From: Blepharisma stoltei ATCC 30299
Lineage: Eukaryota > Protista > Ciliophora
Reading direction: 5' to 3'
Length of the DNA: 64,000 nucleotides
NCBI GenBank assembly: GCA_965603825.1
Contig: CBFDEM010000020.1
Location: forward strand, 558,001 to 622,000
The notes below the pieces were generated by a model. That model was not told the DNA's origin. It was given only the letters and a program-made list of their open reading frames with translations, and did no database searches. Positions 61,751-64,000 of this stretch are shown here, piece by piece (position 1 is the first letter of the stretch; each line of letters opens with the position of its first letter). The position numbers and the translations under genes were made by a program.

Positions 61751-62308
61751 TTAAAATTCTTGAGTGGCATATGTAATCACTTTTGATCTTAAAGATTTAT
61801 AGGAATTTCTTAATTCTTCATTTTGTGATAAAATTTGAAGCTTTTCAATGTTGATTCTAGAGATTTCTTGCTCCAACGAGTAAATTTTTTCAGATAACTT
61901 TGTATTTTCTTTCTCAAGATCTTGGATTTTGTTTTTTTCATTACGGTTTTCAATAACTTCTTGTGCCAGTCTGTCTACAGCTTCTTGAAGTCTTTTATTT
62001 TGCTGGTGGAGCTGGGTTTTTTCCATTGCAAGGTTTAAAATTGTATCATTAGCTTTTTGTGTGCAATTTTTAAGTTCTTCTTGAAGCTGCTCGAGTTGAG
62101 TTTCTTTGCTGACTTGCAAATCTGACTGGAGCTTTTTAACTTGCTCTCTATAGACCTCTAATTCTTCTTGTAAAGCTGCTGTTTTTTGGTCAATATATGG
62201 AATTGACGATTGATCACTGTGCCATACCAAATCAGATCTAGGAGAAAATCCTATGTTGGAACTGGATTCTAAATGAATTTTCTCAGAATAATTTTGATAG
62301 TCTTCCAT
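61751..62308 (-). CDS. hypothetical coiled-coil protein, 185 aa
   Basis: ATG-TAA ORF with a continuous heptad pattern; partly duplicated at 63920-64000. Confidence 0.75.
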   Translation of the reverse strand: MEDYQNYSEKIHLESSSNIGFSPRSDLVWHSDQSSIPYIDQKTAALQEELEVYREQVKKLQSDLQVSKETQLEQLQEELKNCTQKANDTILNLAMEKTQLHQQNKRLQEAVDRLAQEVIENRNEKNKIQDLEKENTKLSEKIYSLEQEISRINIEKLQILSQNEELRNSYKSLRSKVITYATQEF

Positions 62309-62399
62309 TTAAATCAAAATATTTTAATATTAATTATCGAAATTAAATTGATTCCCAAAATTAAGTACGCTGTTTGTAGAGTTGAATTGACAATGAAAA

Positions 62400-62635
62400 G
62401 CTAGTCCTATAAATTTGGTTCTTAGCCTTTCCTAAGCTTCGAGTTTTGGAGACTATTTTTTTCATTCTTTCTGCAGAATCCACATTAAGAACAAGTTGCT
62501 CAGTATTTCTAAGAATTGCCTCCACCACGCCAAGAAGAATTTTTCTCATAATTCTTGGTGTTCCGCACAATAGCTTGTCCAATAATTCGATGGGCAACTT
62601 AATCCATAAATCTTTGGATAACGAAAGCAATGCAT
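62400..62635 (-). pseudogene. lysozyme-like pseudogene (internally deleted)
   Basis: TGCCCATCGAATTATTGGACAAGCTATTGTGCGGAAC aligns to the neighbour's CPSNSCTSCLCGT; then WRGGGNS*KYWATCS*CGFC and KLEA*ERLRT align to its C-terminus. The catalytic core is missing; frameshifts and stops are present. Confidence 0.8.
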
Positions 62636-62743
62636 AAGTAATTAAAGATAGAAAATTAAGTTTCTATAATTCTTAATTAAATAATTTTGATAATATTCCA
62701 TTTAAATCATAATTGTTTTAAATATTTACCCTTAAAAAGAAGT

Positions 62744-63277
62744 TTATAATTGACTTCCAGAGTTAAGCTCATTGTTTTCCGCATCGATTTTATGAGAAAT
62801 TGATTGCTCTTGGCTTTGGGCTCTTAACCTTTCTTCAGCTTCAAGTCTTAAGAATTCATTCTCTTCATCCTCGCTGCAACAGTTGCATTTAGAGCAAGCT
62901 ACCCACTTACTCCAATTATTACCTCCCCAGCCCCATATCTTTTTAGCGCAAGCAAGGTTTGTTGATGGGTTACAAGTTGGTGAACCTCCACTGCATGAGG
63001 CCCAGTTGGAAGAGTTAATTTGCCATAAGCCAATGTCATTTGACCCATTAGTGTTATGGTTTTGTGCATTAGCATTCCCACCACTTTCATGAGAGGCAAT
63101 GCATTGGCAGCATGTTTGGCTCCATCCTGAATATTGAGAGCACCAAGAAGCAATATTTACTACGTTCTTTGTAGTTCCACACAAGCAGCTTGTGCAGCTA
63201 TTTGATGGGCAATTTCCTCCACAGGTATTTGCATAAGTACAGGCAAGGAATAAAGCTATTAGTACAATGCTCTTTAT
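62744..63277 (-). CDS. secreted c-type/SLT-like lysozyme, ~177 aa (apparent start is ATA, not ATG)
   Basis: Signal peptide (I/M)KSIVLIALFLACTYA, Cys-rich NTCGGNCPS, then CIASHESGGNANAQNHNTNGSNDIGLWQINS and NLACAKKI with catalytic Glu and Asp positions intact. No in-frame ATG. Confidence 0.8.
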   Translation of the reverse strand: MKSIVLIALFLACTYANTCGGNCPSNSCTSCLCGTTKNVVNIASWCSQYSGWSQTCCQCIASHESGGNANAQNHNTNGSNDIGLWQINSSNWASCSGGSPTCNPSTNLACAKKIWGWGGNNWSKWVACSKCNCCSEDEENEFLRLEAEERLRAQSQEQSISHKIDAENNELNSGSQL

Positions 63278-63547
63278 AATGATTATAGATTAATTTACTC
63301 CACTATTTAATTTCCAGCATTCTACAATTTTTTATTTAAGATGATAACTTTTTGCACAATTAAAAATTAGAATGAAACTTCAAATTCCAGATAATCCTAC
63401 TAAATGCATGCTTTTATATTGTTTTTAAGCTCAAAGAACAGTCTAGGATTTATTTTCACCAATAATTAGTAGAAAATATAATTAAAATTATAATCTATAT
63501 TTAAATATTTTATAAATTAATATGTTATTCTAAAGGCTTGAATCATA

Positions 63548-64000
63548 TTAAACCTGAGAATCATACCTAAGACCCCTATTTTTAGCAGCAAGTTCTTCAA
63601 CTAATCTGGCTTGGTCTTCTATTTCTTTCATTTGTGCTCGAAGTTCAAGAATTAATTTATCTCTTTCATCAGATGAATTACAACATCCACATGCTGAGCA
63701 TGCAGGCCAATATTTTCAACTATTTCAACCCCAAGCCCAAATTTTTTTTGCGCAATTTAAATTTGAGGTTGGAGAGCACGGTGGGTTACCATCGTTGCAG
63801 GATTCCCAATTTGTGCTGTTAATTTGCCAAACACCTATTTGTCGAGATCCATAGGAATTATAGCTTTCAGTATTTGCGTTTCCATTGCTTATATTTGATG
63901 CAATACATTTGACCTGCTATCTCAAGATCTTGGATTTTGTTTTTTCCATTACGGTTTTCAATAACTTCTTGTGCCAGTCTGTCTACAGCTTCTTGAAGTC
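63548..64000 (-). pseudogene. chimera: duplicated coiled-coil gene segment joined out of frame to the 3' part of a second lysozyme paralogue
   Basis: 63548-63910 encodes KCIASNISNGNAN...IGVWQINS...NLNCAKKIWAWG...CSACGCC-TAA; 63920-64000 copies 61912-61992; the lysozyme frame hits TAG at the junction. Confidence 0.8.
63920..64000. repeat. direct repeat of 61912-61992 (runs off window end)
   Basis: 81 bp identical except one T/C mismatch; offset 2008 bp. Confidence 0.95.

Noticed and set aside
62361-62630. 89-aa ORF as a real gene
   Set aside because: TTG start; it is a chance frame across the lysozyme pseudogene.

Overview
This is gene-dense eukaryotic DNA, almost certainly macronuclear sequence from a heterotrich ciliate of the Blepharisma type. 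Two features explain the fragmented ORF track. First, TGA encodes Trp: it falls on invariant Trp positions in kinase, Rab, CK2-beta, ArfGAP, C2, RCC1, LRRC56 and Dopey proteins, while TAA/TAG are the only stops. Second, genes carry 15-16 nt GTA...AG introns (23 found). Re-reading this way gives about 38 protein genes and 2 tRNAs (Ser-GCU, Gln-UUG), packed with spacers as short as 12-13 bp. Main points of interest: (1) an intact 881-aa Dicer-derived protein (helicase, DUF283-like, platform-like) that stops just before where RNase III domains should begin, a candidate half of a split Dicer; (2) a lysozyme-like tandem cluster in birth-and-death turnover, with one copy starting at ATA, one pseudogene and one chimera at a recent duplication junction; (3) several pseudoenzymes (Nudix-like/GATase fusion, CDPK pseudokinase); (4) an RCC1 gene with a 151-codon ATG-less 5' frame; (5) a 9 x 33-aa repeat protein. 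All family assignments are by eye from remembered motifs; no searches were run.
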